This document shows, piece after piece, positions 20,376-30,143 of a DNA stretch of 64,000 bases. The stretch is from NCBI GenBank assembly GCA_047611925.1, contig JBLFXB010000001.1:13103-77102 (forward strand), written 5' to 3'. The DNA is from Polaribacter sp. (lineage in GTDB: Bacteria > Bacteroidota > Bacteroidia > Flavobacteriales > Flavobacteriaceae). Positions within the stretch are counted from its first letter, which is position 1. Each line of letters begins with the position of its first letter. A program made the translations under genes and the position numbers. Below the pieces are notes generated by a model that was not told where the DNA came from, ran no database searches, and saw only the letters and a program-made list of their open reading frames with translations.

Positions 20376-22358
20376 TCAAATTACCCGTTCGTCGGCTTTA
20401 TAAGCGCCACGTCGGTGTAATATCCATTGCGCTTCATCTAACGGATTTACCCCTTTATATTCTCGAACAGCACCTTCGCCTTTTGGACAGGTATCATATC
20501 CATGAAACTGTAATCTAAGACGCAACTTGCCACTTGTTATCGCATTTAATTTGATGCTAAAATCTAATGATGTTGCCACAGGAATCGTTCCTTTTAAGCG
20601 AAATGTATCATCAATAAATTTAGGTGTGTCAAAAGTAGCTCTTCGTGTACTTAGTTCAGAAGCTATTTTCCCTAATAAAGATTCATTCGCTTTTATCTCA
20701 AAACTCAATATAGGTTCTAATAAATGTGTTCCGCCAATTTTTAGCCCTTGCATAATTCCCATCGGAGTTGCTAGGTTAAAATCTCCAGGTCTGGAATGCA
20801 CATTATGGTCTTCTCCTTTTATCAAGGTGATTTTCACATCGGTAACTTCCCAACCTAAAACTCCTTGCGCTAAAGCTTTTGGAATGGTGCGTTTAATTTC
20901 ACTCTGATATTTAATATGCACATCGTTTTGTGAAACAATAGAACTATAACTAACACCTGAATTTAACGGAGCAGGCTCGATCAAAAAAGTCATGATAGCC
21001 CAACAAGGTTTAGGCATCCAATATCTAATGTATCCTTCTGCTTTTGTACTGATGGTTTCTTTGTATACTACCTGAGGATCTGTAAAACGTGCTTTTATTG
21101 AAAAACGTTCTTTTAAAACATGTTCTAAAATTTCAATTTGCATTTGTCCCATTAGCAATAATTGCAACTCTTTTTCAACCTTATACCATTTAAAGTTTAA
21201 AGAAGGATCTTCTCTATCTAATTGCTGAAGTGCATCTGCTAATGCATTATAATCGGCATTGTTCTCGGGAATTACCTGAACAGTAACAACAGGAATATGC
21301 AACTGAGGTAATTTAGGAATTCCAACATTATTTCCTAAAACATCACCAGATTTCGTTCCTAAAACGCCTGTAACAACACCTATATCACCAGCAGTTAAAA
21401 CAATATTGTCAATATATTTAGTGTGGTGTAATTGTTTGGTTTGATTTATTTTTGATTCTAATTGTTGTGTGCAATTGTAAATAGTGGATTTAGAAGACAA
21501 CTCTCCAGAAAAAACTTTTACATGGGCCATCGTACCAAAAACCTTATGGTGTTCTAACTTAAAAACATATGCCGAAAGTTCTTTTGTCGTAATTGTTTTA
21601 GAAGTTGGACAATAGTCAATTATTCCATCTAAGAGTTCGGTTACTCCAATATTATTTTTAGCCATTCCTGTAAAAACGGGAGTGATCTTATTCTCAATAG
21701 TGAGTTTGCGAATACGCTCTAAATATTCATCATCAGTAATAGATTCAGAATTCAAAAAACGCTCCAATAAATGTTCTTCACAATCTAAAAGATGTTCTAT
21801 TGTTTTTTCTTTAATCGCTGAGCCAATTGAGCTATTAAAAACAGGTGTAATTGCAGCATTAGTTAATCCATCATTTTCAGAGGCATAAATCACTACAGGC
21901 TTTGCTTTTAAATCCTGCTCTAATTGTGTTATTGTGTTTTCGGTATCCGCTCCTTGTCTGTCAATTTTATTTACAAAAATGATTGTTGGAATCTGCAACT
22001 CCTGCAAGGAGTCCCAAATATTCAATGTATGTGCTTGCACACCTTCAACTGCAGAAACCACCAATATAACAGCATCAACGACACACAATGCGCGTTCTAC
22101 TTCACTTGAAAAATCAACGTGACCAGGTGTATCAATTAAATTGATTTTCGTGTCTTTCCATTCAAAGGAAGTAGTGGCTGCTTTTATAGAAATACCACGT
22201 TCTTTTTCAAGATCTAAACTATCTGTACTTGTAGAACCTTTATCTACACTACCAAGCGTTCTAATAGCACCTGAGTTGTATAAAAAATGCTCTGTGAGTG
22301 TAGTTTTACCAGCATCTACGTGTGCTAAAATCCCGATATTGATCGTTGATCTTTTCAT
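20376..22358 (-). CDS. TetM/TetO-like translational GTPase (EF-G paralogue); resistance function unproven
   Basis: NIGILAHVDAGKTT, ERGISI, DTPGH, NKID; 660 aa with EF-G-like domain order. Confidence 0.85.
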   Translation of the reverse strand: MKRSTINIGILAHVDAGKTTLTEHFLYNSGAIRTLGSVDKGSTSTDSLDLEKERGISIKAATTSFEWKDTKINLIDTPGHVDFSSEVERALCVVDAVILVVSAVEGVQAHTLNIWDSLQELQIPTIIFVNKIDRQGADTENTITQLEQDLKAKPVVIYASENDGLTNAAITPVFNSSIGSAIKEKTIEHLLDCEEHLLERFLNSESITDDEYLERIRKLTIENKITPVFTGMAKNNIGVTELLDGIIDYCPTSKTITTKELSAYVFKLEHHKVFGTMAHVKVFSGELSSKSTIYNCTQQLESKINQTKQLHHTKYIDNIVLTAGDIGVVTGVLGTKSGDVLGNNVGIPKLPQLHIPVVTVQVIPENNADYNALADALQQLDREDPSLNFKWYKVEKELQLLLMGQMQIEILEHVLKERFSIKARFTDPQVVYKETISTKAEGYIRYWMPKPCWAIMTFLIEPAPLNSGVSYSSIVSQNDVHIKYQSEIKRTIPKALAQGVLGWEVTDVKITLIKGEDHNVHSRPGDFNLATPMGIMQGLKIGGTHLLEPILSFEIKANESLLGKIASELSTRRATFDTPKFIDDTFRLKGTIPVATSLDFSIKLNAITSGKLRLRLQFHGYDTCPKGEGAVREYKGVNPLDEAQWILHRRGAYKADERVI

Positions 22359-22370
22359 TGTTTCGAGTGA

Positions 22371-22442
22371 TTATAAAACTTTCTTAATAAGTAAAATCGA
22401 CCCTTTGAAATAAATGAAAAGGTGTACCGTTAATTTTGCCAT
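22371..22442 (-). CDS. Putative 23-aa leader peptide (MAKLTVHLFIYFKGSILLIKKVL) upstream of the TetM-like gene
   Basis: ATG at 22442, TAA at 22373-22371, ending 12 nt before the GTPase start; the ATG lies within the palindrome TTTGCCATATGGCAAA. Confidence 0.45.
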   Translation of the reverse strand: MAKLTVHLFIYFKGSILLIKKVL

Positions 22443-22496
22443 ATGGCAAAGAATGGTAAAGGTACATATTGTATCGGAAAATAGGTTTTCTATTAT

Positions 22497-23171
22497 TTAA
22501 AAATTCACAAACGCAATAATATTCAATTGATCTCTGTTTCCATTTTCAAAAAACTGATTCATATATCCCGCTTCTAATCTTATATTTTTATTCAGATGAT
22601 ATCCTATACCTCCATAAAGTCTATTTCTATCAAATACTGATGATTTCGTATTTAAAAATATTTCATTGTACCCAGAAACATAAAAATTGTTTTTCTCTTT
22701 ATGACTTAATGGGATGTTTATCCCTAAAAAATATCGAAAACGCATTTTAAAATCATTTTCAATAAAACGCTGCTCAAATCTATATCGGTGGTTTAATTTT
22801 ACTTGACCAATTTTTTGTTTTGAGGTGAATTGTTGAAAAATTCTATGCTCATTTACAGAAACTTTTTCATTGGTATTACCAACATAGTTTTCAGATAAAA
22901 TATACCCATAACCAAGCAATACATTGTTTTTGCTTTCATTAAATGTATAGCCTAATCCTGTGCGTACTAATAATTGCTCAAGATCTCCAACTGCATCATA
23001 ATTTCTGTATTGAATTTCATGGTGTAAATTCCATTTTTGGCCTAGTTTTTTATTACCAATATAAATCAACCAATTCCCAAAATTACTGTCTTGACTTTGA
23101 ACTAAAGAAGGCAGCATTAATCCAAGGATTAACGCTACCATACTTAGTTTTTTAATTCTCTTATTTTTCAT
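22497..23171 (-). CDS. DUF2490-family outer-membrane beta-barrel protein
   Basis: Signal peptide; EIQYR, RTGLGY, EHRIFQQ, HRYRFEQRF, RFRY, FDRNRLY motifs; terminal Phe. Confidence 0.8.
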   Translation of the reverse strand: MKNKRIKKLSMVALILGLMLPSLVQSQDSNFGNWLIYIGNKKLGQKWNLHHEIQYRNYDAVGDLEQLLVRTGLGYTFNESKNNVLLGYGYILSENYVGNTNEKVSVNEHRIFQQFTSKQKIGQVKLNHRYRFEQRFIENDFKMRFRYFLGINIPLSHKEKNNFYVSGYNEIFLNTKSSVFDRNRLYGGIGYHLNKNIRLEAGYMNQFFENGNRDQLNIIAFVNF

Positions 23172-23191
23172 AAAGTTCTAATGATATGTTT

Positions 23192-23821
23192 TTATTCGTA
23201 AAAAGAGACTACTCCTGTATGAATGTCATACATACCTCCTATAATCTTAATTTCTCCGTTCTTTTCCATTTCTGCCAAAACCTCACTATCAGCAAAAATC
23301 TTATCAATAGTCAGCTTCACGTTTTTAGCAGCAACATTATTTACAAATTCAATATTAGATGAATCCCTTAAACTCTTATCTTCTGGGAATTCAACTGCTC
23401 TTACGGCAGGTTTTATCTTTTCTAACATTCCGGTTAACTTTCCTAATTTAGCGTTATCACAAGCTCCTTTTACCGCTCCACAAGCGGTATGTCCTAAAAC
23501 AACAATCAATTTGGTTCCTGCCAATTTACAAGCAAATTCCATGCTTCCTAAAATATCATCATTAACAAAGTTCCCGGCAATACGAGCACTAAAAACATCT
23601 CCAATTCCTTGATCGAAAATTAATTCTGATGAAACTCTCGAATCGATACAACTTAAAATTGTTGCAAAAGGAAACTGTCCCGTACTTGTATCTAATACTT
23701 GTTCAATTAAACTTCTATTTGCTTTTAAATTGTCTTGAAATCTTTTATTCCCTTCTTTTAAAAATTGCAATGACTTTTCTGGTGTCATTGTTGCTTGTGT
23801 TTCTTTTGTATGTGCTTTCAT
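23192..23821 (-). CDS. Beta-class carbonic anhydrase
   Basis: Zn-ligand motifs CIDSR and HTACG; LKEGNKRF. Confidence 0.95.
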   Translation of the reverse strand: MKAHTKETQATMTPEKSLQFLKEGNKRFQDNLKANRSLIEQVLDTSTGQFPFATILSCIDSRVSSELIFDQGIGDVFSARIAGNFVNDDILGSMEFACKLAGTKLIVVLGHTACGAVKGACDNAKLGKLTGMLEKIKPAVRAVEFPEDKSLRDSSNIEFVNNVAAKNVKLTIDKIFADSEVLAEMEKNGEIKIIGGMYDIHTGVVSFYE

Positions 23822-23831
23822 AATGTTATTT

Positions 23832-24617
23832 TTATGTTGTTAAAATAATCGAGCAATTAAGAGTCTTAATTACTTCTTTAATATTTGATTGTTTTGAGTT
23901 ACTGTTCTTTTTTTCTCTGTTTACAAAAAGTAAATTGGTGTTGCTTTTTGATAGGTAATTTGAGATGTTTTTTATCGCATTATCTCCTTTTACAAAAACA
24001 TATTCAATTCTGTTTTTATCTAAAGACAACATTTCTTGTTTTGTCGATCTTGAACTTTCTACAATTTTGAAAGACCTTATGGTTTTTTGAGTAGAACGAA
24101 TAATGCTCTCTATAAAACTGTTAGGATTTACATTGTTAAACATTCCTAAGGATAGTTCTTTATTAGGTTCTAATGAATTTTCAGCATCAGAAATCATAAT
24201 TACACCCTTATAATTTTTAAGGATATAATCTGTAATACCTGCATCTATAAAGTTCATTCTTTTAGACTTTCTTTTTCCTAAAACAATGATATCAGGTTTA
24301 TTTTCATCAATATATCTACCTATCTCGTTTTTTACATTTCCAATAGTAAATGTGTGATTTATATTTACATTGTAATTATCAGAAATAGGATTTATTATAC
24401 AGTTAATTTTTTTATCAATTGATCGATAGTTCTCATTAATAGTTCTTATTGCACTTAATTGATTGTCTTTATCAACTACCTCGGTTGCCTTTTTAACATA
24501 AAAAAAGTTGATATCTGCTTCTACTATTTTAGCTAAACTTACACCGCTTATTAGTGTTTTACTAGTAGATTCATTTAAGTCAGAAAGAACTAATATTTTG
24601 TGTTTATTATTTTTCAT
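23832..24617 (-). CDS. Universal stress protein (Usp) domain protein
   Basis: KILVLSD, GNVKNEI...PDIIVLGKR; degenerate second domain. Confidence 0.75.
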   Translation of the reverse strand: MKNNKHKILVLSDLNESTSKTLISGVSLAKIVEADINFFYVKKATEVVDKDNQLSAIRTINENYRSIDKKINCIINPISDNYNVNINHTFTIGNVKNEIGRYIDENKPDIIVLGKRKSKRMNFIDAGITDYILKNYKGVIMISDAENSLEPNKELSLGMFNNVNPNSFIESIIRSTQKTIRSFKIVESSRSTKQEMLSLDKNRIEYVFVKGDNAIKNISNYLSKSNTNLLFVNREKKNSNSKQSNIKEVIKTLNCSIILTT

Positions 24618-24632
24618 ATCATTTAGGCTTTA

Positions 24633-26213
24633 TTAAGCTGTTTTTGGTCTTAATTTAAAAAACTCCATAAAGCTGTCTGGATTCTCAACAATTCCCCTTT
24701 CAGAAATTAATTTTATATCGATATTTCTTTCTTTCGCTTTAATGGCAAAATCTTCTAAAATTTCTACAATATCATTATCTAAGTATCTTGTTTTTCTTAC
24801 ATCTAATTCTAAAAAAGCATCAATAGGCAAGCCATCTAACTCTTTTAAAATAGCTCCTTTATTAAAGAAAGTAACTTCTTCAGCCAAAGTCATTTTTATT
24901 TTATGCTTTCCGTTACTTTTATCTTCAATGTGTAAGAAATGTGAATTTTGGAAACTTTTTATTAAGATGACAACTACACCAACAGCTAATCCTAAGCTTA
25001 TTCCATATAATAAATCGATAAATACAATTCCTAAAACAGTTACTGTAAATGGAATGAATTGTTTCCATCCTAAATCATACATCTGTTTAAATAATGATGG
25101 CTTTGCTAATTTATAACCAACAATTAAAAGTATTGCTGCTAAAACAGATAGTGGAATTTTATTTAATAATGTAGGAATTAAAATCACAGAAATTAATAAA
25201 AAGAAACCATGAATTATGGCAGACATTTTACTTCTTCCTCCTGATTGAATGTTTGCAGAACTCCTAACAATTACTTGTGTTATTGGAAGCCCTCCAATCA
25301 TACCCGAAATAATATTACCCGTTCCTTGTGCTAATAATTCTCTATTTGTTGGTGTTACATTTTTATGAGGATCTAATTTATCTGTAGCCTCAACACACAA
25401 TAAAGTCTCTAAACTTGCTACTAAAGCAATGGTAAATGCAACAACCCAAACATCTGGATTTGTAATCGCACTAAAATTCGGAAAACTAAATTGGCTAATA
25501 AAAGAATCAAAATTATCTGGTACAGGAACGCTTACCAAATGTGACGCATTAATACCAAACTTAGCATTAGATTCTGTTACAAAAAAGTAAACTACCCCAG
25601 CAACTACAGTTACTAATGGACCTTGTATTAATTTAAAAAATTTCCCTTTTTTAGACAACACGTTGCTCCACAATACTAAAATTCCCAAACCAATAAAACC
25701 AATTATAGTAGAACCTAAACTAATATTATTTAATGAATTGAAAATTTCTGAAAACGTATTCTCTCCATCTGCTTGAAAGAAAGCAAAATCTCCTTCAAGA
25801 CTTGCATCATAACCAAAAAAATGCGGAATCTGTTTTAGAATAATAATAATTCCGATTCCTGTTAACATTCCTTTTATTACAGATGAAGGAAAATAGTACC
25901 CAATAATTCCTGCTTTTAATACACCGAAAATTAATTGAATGACCCCTCCTAAAACTACAGCAACTAAGAAGTTCTCATAACCTCCTAAAGTACCTATCGC
26001 TGTTAAAACTATTGCAGCTAATCCTGCCGCTGGACCACTAACACCTATTTTAGATCCACTTAATGAACCTACTACTACTCCTCCAATAATACCAGCAATA
26101 ACCCCAGAAAAAAGAGGAGCTCCACTAGCTAAAGCAATACCTAAACACAATGGTAATGCTACAAAAAATACGACTATACTCGCAGGTAAGTCTTTTTTAA
26201 TACTTTTAAACAT
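24633..26213 (-). CDS. sulP: SulP/SLC26 anion (probably bicarbonate) transporter
   Basis: VALPLCLGIALASG, VSGPAAGL, NRELLAQG.GN, VRSSAN; C-terminal STAS-like tail; adjacent to carbonic anhydrase. Confidence 0.93.
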   Translation of the reverse strand: MFKSIKKDLPASIVVFFVALPLCLGIALASGAPLFSGVIAGIIGGVVVGSLSGSKIGVSGPAAGLAAIVLTAIGTLGGYENFLVAVVLGGVIQLIFGVLKAGIIGYYFPSSVIKGMLTGIGIIIILKQIPHFFGYDASLEGDFAFFQADGENTFSEIFNSLNNISLGSTIIGFIGLGILVLWSNVLSKKGKFFKLIQGPLVTVVAGVVYFFVTESNAKFGINASHLVSVPVPDNFDSFISQFSFPNFSAITNPDVWVVAFTIALVASLETLLCVEATDKLDPHKNVTPTNRELLAQGTGNIISGMIGGLPITQVIVRSSANIQSGGRSKMSAIIHGFFLLISVILIPTLLNKIPLSVLAAILLIVGYKLAKPSLFKQMYDLGWKQFIPFTVTVLGIVFIDLLYGISLGLAVGVVVILIKSFQNSHFLHIEDKSNGKHKIKMTLAEEVTFFNKGAILKELDGLPIDAFLELDVRKTRYLDNDIVEILEDFAIKAKERNIDIKLISERGIVENPDSFMEFFKLRPKTA

Positions 26214-26298
26214 ATTATATATAATTTTACTTTTAGTTATTTTAAACTAAAAGGTTATGAAATTGATAAAAAAAGCCTTGTAAAAGGAAAAAACTAAA

Positions 26299-26601
26299 TT
26301 ATAATATGTGTAATTCTGGAGGTGGAGATATAATATTTAAGTGTGGTTTAGTATATCTTTTATCAATATGCTCTAAACTATTTTCTGGAAATGTAAAAAC
26401 TAAATTATAATTATTAGTTTTTAACATAGAAAATAAAGCTTCAATATCTAAACTCTTTTCATTCCCTTTCTCTTCTTCTTCAGAAGTAGAAAAGACAATA
26501 GAAACATCTACAGAATCATCAACCATTACAAGAATAGTTGGTGCAACTATAAACAGTAAAAAAACTACTGAAAAAAATATAGACAATCCCTTTTTTGACA
26601 T
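26299..26601 (-). CDS. Small protein with hydrophobic N-terminus and C-terminal SPPPE (candidate regulatory leader)
   Basis: 100-aa ORF, first gene of the sulP operon; TATATTTG promoter element at 26632-26625. Confidence 0.7.
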   Translation of the reverse strand: MSKKGLSIFFSVVFLLFIVAPTILVMVDDSVDVSIVFSTSEEEEKGNEKSLDIEALFSMLKTNNYNLVFTFPENSLEHIDKRYTKPHLNIISPPPELHIL

Positions 26602-26624
26602 TTCATTTTCATTTTAAAAACGCA

Positions 26625-26694
26625 CAAATATAACAATACTTTCTTAAACAATAGTATTACTATCATTTAATATTGTTAAACTTTTATATCTTTG
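26625..26694. promoter_or_regulatory. Divergent promoters with a central palindrome (candidate TetR operator)
   Basis: -7 elements TATATTTG (minus, 26632-26625) and TATCTTTG (plus, 26687-26694) flank the palindrome ATAGTA-T-TACTAT (26651-26663). Confidence 0.6.
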
Positions 26695-26742
26695 ACAAAA
26701 GCACTCTTTAATTTGCCTATAAATAACTGAAAAATAATAACG

Positions 26743-27417
26743 ATGAGTATAGAGATAAAAATATCTTTGAATGATGGATTGTATCTAAAAGAACCTCAAG
26801 ATTCTAAACTTGGTAGGAACATTATAAAACATAGTATTTTAATAATCGAAGAGTTTGGTTTTGAGTATTTCACGTTTAAAAAATTAGCACAAGAAATAAA
26901 TTCAACCGAAGCATCAATTTACAGGTACTTTGAAAACAAACATTTACTATTGCTTTTCTTAGTTAATTGGTATTGGGAATGGGTAAACTACCTTATTAAA
27001 ACCAATACAAAGAATATTGATGACCCCAAAAAAAAACTTCAAATAATTATTCATTCTTTTGTTTCTGCATCAAAAGATAATCCAGGAGTTATATATGTAA
27101 ACGAAAGCAAACTGCATAGTATTGTTATTTCTGAAGGTATGAAAGCGTATCACACGAAAGATGTAGACAAAGAAAATTCTAAAGGTTTTTTTAAAAGTTA
27201 TAAGGATTTAGCTAAATCAGTATCTGATGTTATAAGTGAGATAAACTCTAATTTTAAATACCCTTTTGCTTTGGCTACTAATTTGTTTGAAATGTCTAAT
27301 AATCAAATATATTTCGCTAAGCACCTTCCAAGGTTAACAGATATATCTATTGATAAAAATGATATGAATGAAGTTGAAGATATGCTAAACTATTTTGTTG
27401 AGAAATTATTAGTTTAA
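26743..27417 (+). CDS. TetR/AcrR family transcriptional regulator
   Basis: GFEYFTFKKLAQEINSTEASIYRYFENK helix-turn-helix. Confidence 0.92.
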   Translation: MSIEIKISLNDGLYLKEPQDSKLGRNIIKHSILIIEEFGFEYFTFKKLAQEINSTEASIYRYFENKHLLLLFLVNWYWEWVNYLIKTNTKNIDDPKKKLQIIIHSFVSASKDNPGVIYVNESKLHSIVISEGMKAYHTKDVDKENSKGFFKSYKDLAKSVSDVISEINSNFKYPFALATNLFEMSNNQIYFAKHLPRLTDISIDKNDMNEVEDMLNYFVEKLLV

Positions 27418-27488
27418 CGAAATCTTACATCTAAAACGATGAAACAGCCTCTAAACATTAACTGTATTACATTTTGTATCTAAAAAAA

Positions 27489-27842
27489 ATGACAATTCAA
27501 GAACTAATTGGTGAGTACAAAATCATTGGCAGTAATCAAGATGACAGCAATAACGAGTATAAAGGAACGCTCTCTTTAACTCTTGATACTGATGATAGAA
27601 TCATTGCAAAATGGCTTATCAATAATGATCAAGAACAAACGGGTTCTGGATTTTTTAAAGATCGTATTTTAGTTATCAACTTTAAATATCTTGGTGAAGA
27701 TTCTAAGGTATATAAAGGAGTTGTTGTCTATCGTTGTATTACAAAAGATATTTTAGATGGTTTTTGGTCGGAAGAGTTTGGCAACCCAAAATACGTAGGA
27801 ACAGAACATTGTTTTAGAATAAAAGAAGAAATCATTAACTGA
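27489..27842 (+). CDS. Hypothetical beta-rich protein
   Basis: Open frame; ATG at 27489 preferred over TTG at 27474; no family recognised. Confidence 0.7.
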   Translation: MTIQELIGEYKIIGSNQDDSNNEYKGTLSLTLDTDDRIIAKWLINNDQEQTGSGFFKDRILVINFKYLGEDSKVYKGVVVYRCITKDILDGFWSEEFGNPKYVGTEHCFRIKEEIIN

Positions 27843-27843
27843 T

Positions 27844-28209
27844 ATGAATTGCCCTTGCATCCCAACTAAGTTATATACAGAATGCTGTAAAAAAGCACAT
27901 CAAAATATTCTTTCTGTAAACACAGCCGAGATTTTAATGCGATCAAGATACGCCGCTTTTGTGTTGGCAGATATTGATTATTTACAAAAAAGTCATCATT
28001 CTAAAAACAGACCATCCAACCATGAGAAAAAAGAAATTTTACTCTGGACAAAATCTGTTGAATGGATTCGGTTAGAGATTCTAAACGCAACTGAAAACAC
28101 CGTTGAATTTAAAGCATACTTTATGGAGAATGGAAAACTAGATGTAATTCACGAAAATTCCTTTTTTTGCAAAGAAAATGAACATTGGGTTTATAAAAAC
28201 GCTCTGTAA
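27844..28209 (+). CDS. ychJ: YchJ family protein (SEC-C motif + NTF2-like)
   Basis: CPC...CC, LMRSRYAAF, VEFKA, HENSFF...W.Y. Confidence 0.88.
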   Translation: MNCPCIPTKLYTECCKKAHQNILSVNTAEILMRSRYAAFVLADIDYLQKSHHSKNRPSNHEKKEILLWTKSVEWIRLEILNATENTVEFKAYFMENGKLDVIHENSFFCKENEHWVYKNAL

Positions 28210-28284
28210 GGTATTTTTCTTAGTTTGCCCTAAATTATCTTTAACAAGATAAAAAAAGAAACCTTTTTATAAATAAAAAAGGAC

Positions 28285-29424
28285 TTATGCAAGTAGCTCT
28301 TTTAATTTTAGTAGTGTGAAATCTATTTCTTCTTTAGTTGTATTCTTACTAAAAGAAAATCTAACTGAAATGTCATTTGCATCACTTTCTGAAAGTATTT
28401 CGTCTAAAACATGAGACCCTTTACTGCTTCCGCTTTGACAAGCACTACCTCCAGAAACCGCAATTCCATTTAAATCTAACGTAAACAATAATAGGTCGTT
28501 TGCATTAGAGAACCGAGTACTTAAAATGGTATAACTACTTTTAGTTACGTTAGAAGAATGCCCATTAAAACCTACATTTGGAAAGTTTAAATTTAATTCT
28601 GAAATGAAATATGATTTCAATCCTGTTAACTGTTTAGTGTCAGATTCTATATTCTGAATAGCAATATCAAGTGCCTTTTCCATTCCCAAGATGCTATGCA
28701 CATTTTCTGTACTAGATCTTGCTCCTTTTTCTTGATTACCACCGTGTAGCATTGGCTGAATACCAAATCCCTTTTTAAAATACGCAAAACCAACTCCTTT
28801 TGGACCGTGAAACTTATGCGCACTTGCGGCTATGAAATCGATGTCTATTTTTTGTAAATCTATCGGATAATGTCCAATTGCTTGGACCGTATCAGAATGA
28901 AATAATGCCTTATGTTTTTTACAGATGTTTGAGACCAAATCAAGGGGTAATAAGTTACCAATCTCATTATTTACGTACATTAAACTCACTAAACATTTTT
29001 TATCAGCATAGCGTTCTAATACAACTTCTAAATCCTTTAAATCGATATCTCCATTAGCATCAACATGAACACAAGCAATTTCTGTTTGATGTGTTTTTTT
29101 TAAATAACCACACGTGTGTAATACTGCATGATGCTCTATTTTAGAAGTGATAATAACTTCTACGCCTAAATTTGTAACAGCATTTTGTAAAATTAAATTA
29201 TCCGCTTCTGTTCCTCCAGCTGTAAAAATTATTTCAGTAGCTGTAACATTAAAATGCTTTGCAATATTTTTTCTTGCAGTTTCAACCGATGCTTTTGCTC
29301 TTCTTCCAAATTGGTGAATTGATGATGGGTTTCCATTATTATTCAACATTGATTGACACATTACATCAATAACTTCTTGGTCTATTGGTGTAGTAGCAGC
29401 ATTGTCTAAATAGATTAATTTCAT
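28285..29424 (-). CDS. Cysteine desulfurase (IscS/NifS-like)
   Basis: YLDNAATT, GNPSS.H, SAHKFHGPKG, SGGSAC. Confidence 0.93.
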   Translation of the reverse strand: MKLIYLDNAATTPIDQEVIDVMCQSMLNNNGNPSSIHQFGRRAKASVETARKNIAKHFNVTATEIIFTAGGTEADNLILQNAVTNLGVEVIITSKIEHHAVLHTCGYLKKTHQTEIACVHVDANGDIDLKDLEVVLERYADKKCLVSLMYVNNEIGNLLPLDLVSNICKKHKALFHSDTVQAIGHYPIDLQKIDIDFIAASAHKFHGPKGVGFAYFKKGFGIQPMLHGGNQEKGARSSTENVHSILGMEKALDIAIQNIESDTKQLTGLKSYFISELNLNFPNVGFNGHSSNVTKSSYTILSTRFSNANDLLLFTLDLNGIAVSGGSACQSGSSKGSHVLDEILSESDANDISVRFSFSKNTTKEEIDFTLLKLKELLA

Positions 29425-29443
29425 TGGGTAAAAATAGGTGTTA

Positions 29444-29986
29444 TTATGGGTTTTGGAAAATGTAAACTTCTGTTGCTCCTAGACCATATTTTTGATAAGA
29501 AGCATCGTAATGTTTTACTGGGTATTTTTGAAAAAGGAACTGTAATTCCGATTTTAAAACGCCTTCTCCTACTCCATGTATAAATACAACTGTAGAGATT
29601 TTTTTTTGAATTGCATATTCTAATTTCCTTTTAGCTGTATCAACTTGCAAGTTCAACATGTCATAATTATCCAATCCTTTAGTTGATTTTGTTAATTGAT
29701 TGATATGTAAATCTACTTCAAAAACGATCTCGTTCTTGGTTTTCTTAAAAATTTCTTTGCGATTTGGCTTTTCGGAAATCTTACTCTGTAAGAGATGGTT
29801 GCTCGCTTCATTGTATCTTAACAACTGATTTTGATTTTCATCAATCTTAACCAGTTCTGAAGCATTATAAAAAAATTCCATACCAGTATCATCCTTAATA
29901 AATACACGGTTTCCTTCAGTTTTAGTAACCACTCCTTTTACAACATCGTCTAAAACAGAAGCTTTGTCTCCAATACAAAATATCAT
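29444..29986 (-). CDS. Smr domain protein
   Basis: EVDLHI, VFIHGVGEGVLK, YGLGATEV. Confidence 0.88.
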   Translation of the reverse strand: MIFCIGDKASVLDDVVKGVVTKTEGNRVFIKDDTGMEFFYNASELVKIDENQNQLLRYNEASNHLLQSKISEKPNRKEIFKKTKNEIVFEVDLHINQLTKSTKGLDNYDMLNLQVDTAKRKLEYAIQKKISTVVFIHGVGEGVLKSELQFLFQKYPVKHYDASYQKYGLGATEVYIFQNP

Positions 29987-30143
29987 TATATGAACATTAA
30001 TTTAATTTTACACAAAAATATACAGATGATGTTAGACATCACTACAAAAGTTTAAAAATTATTTAAAGTTTCTTTTTCTTAGCCAACGATTTCTGATAAA
30101 TGGAACATTCATCTGATGTACTCCAATAAATTAAAAGCATCCA

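Noticed and set aside
20376-22358. Calling this a bona fide tet(M)/tet(Q) resistance gene on a mobile element
   Set aside because: The YSPVST loop is absent and there are no conjugation or transposition genes nearby.
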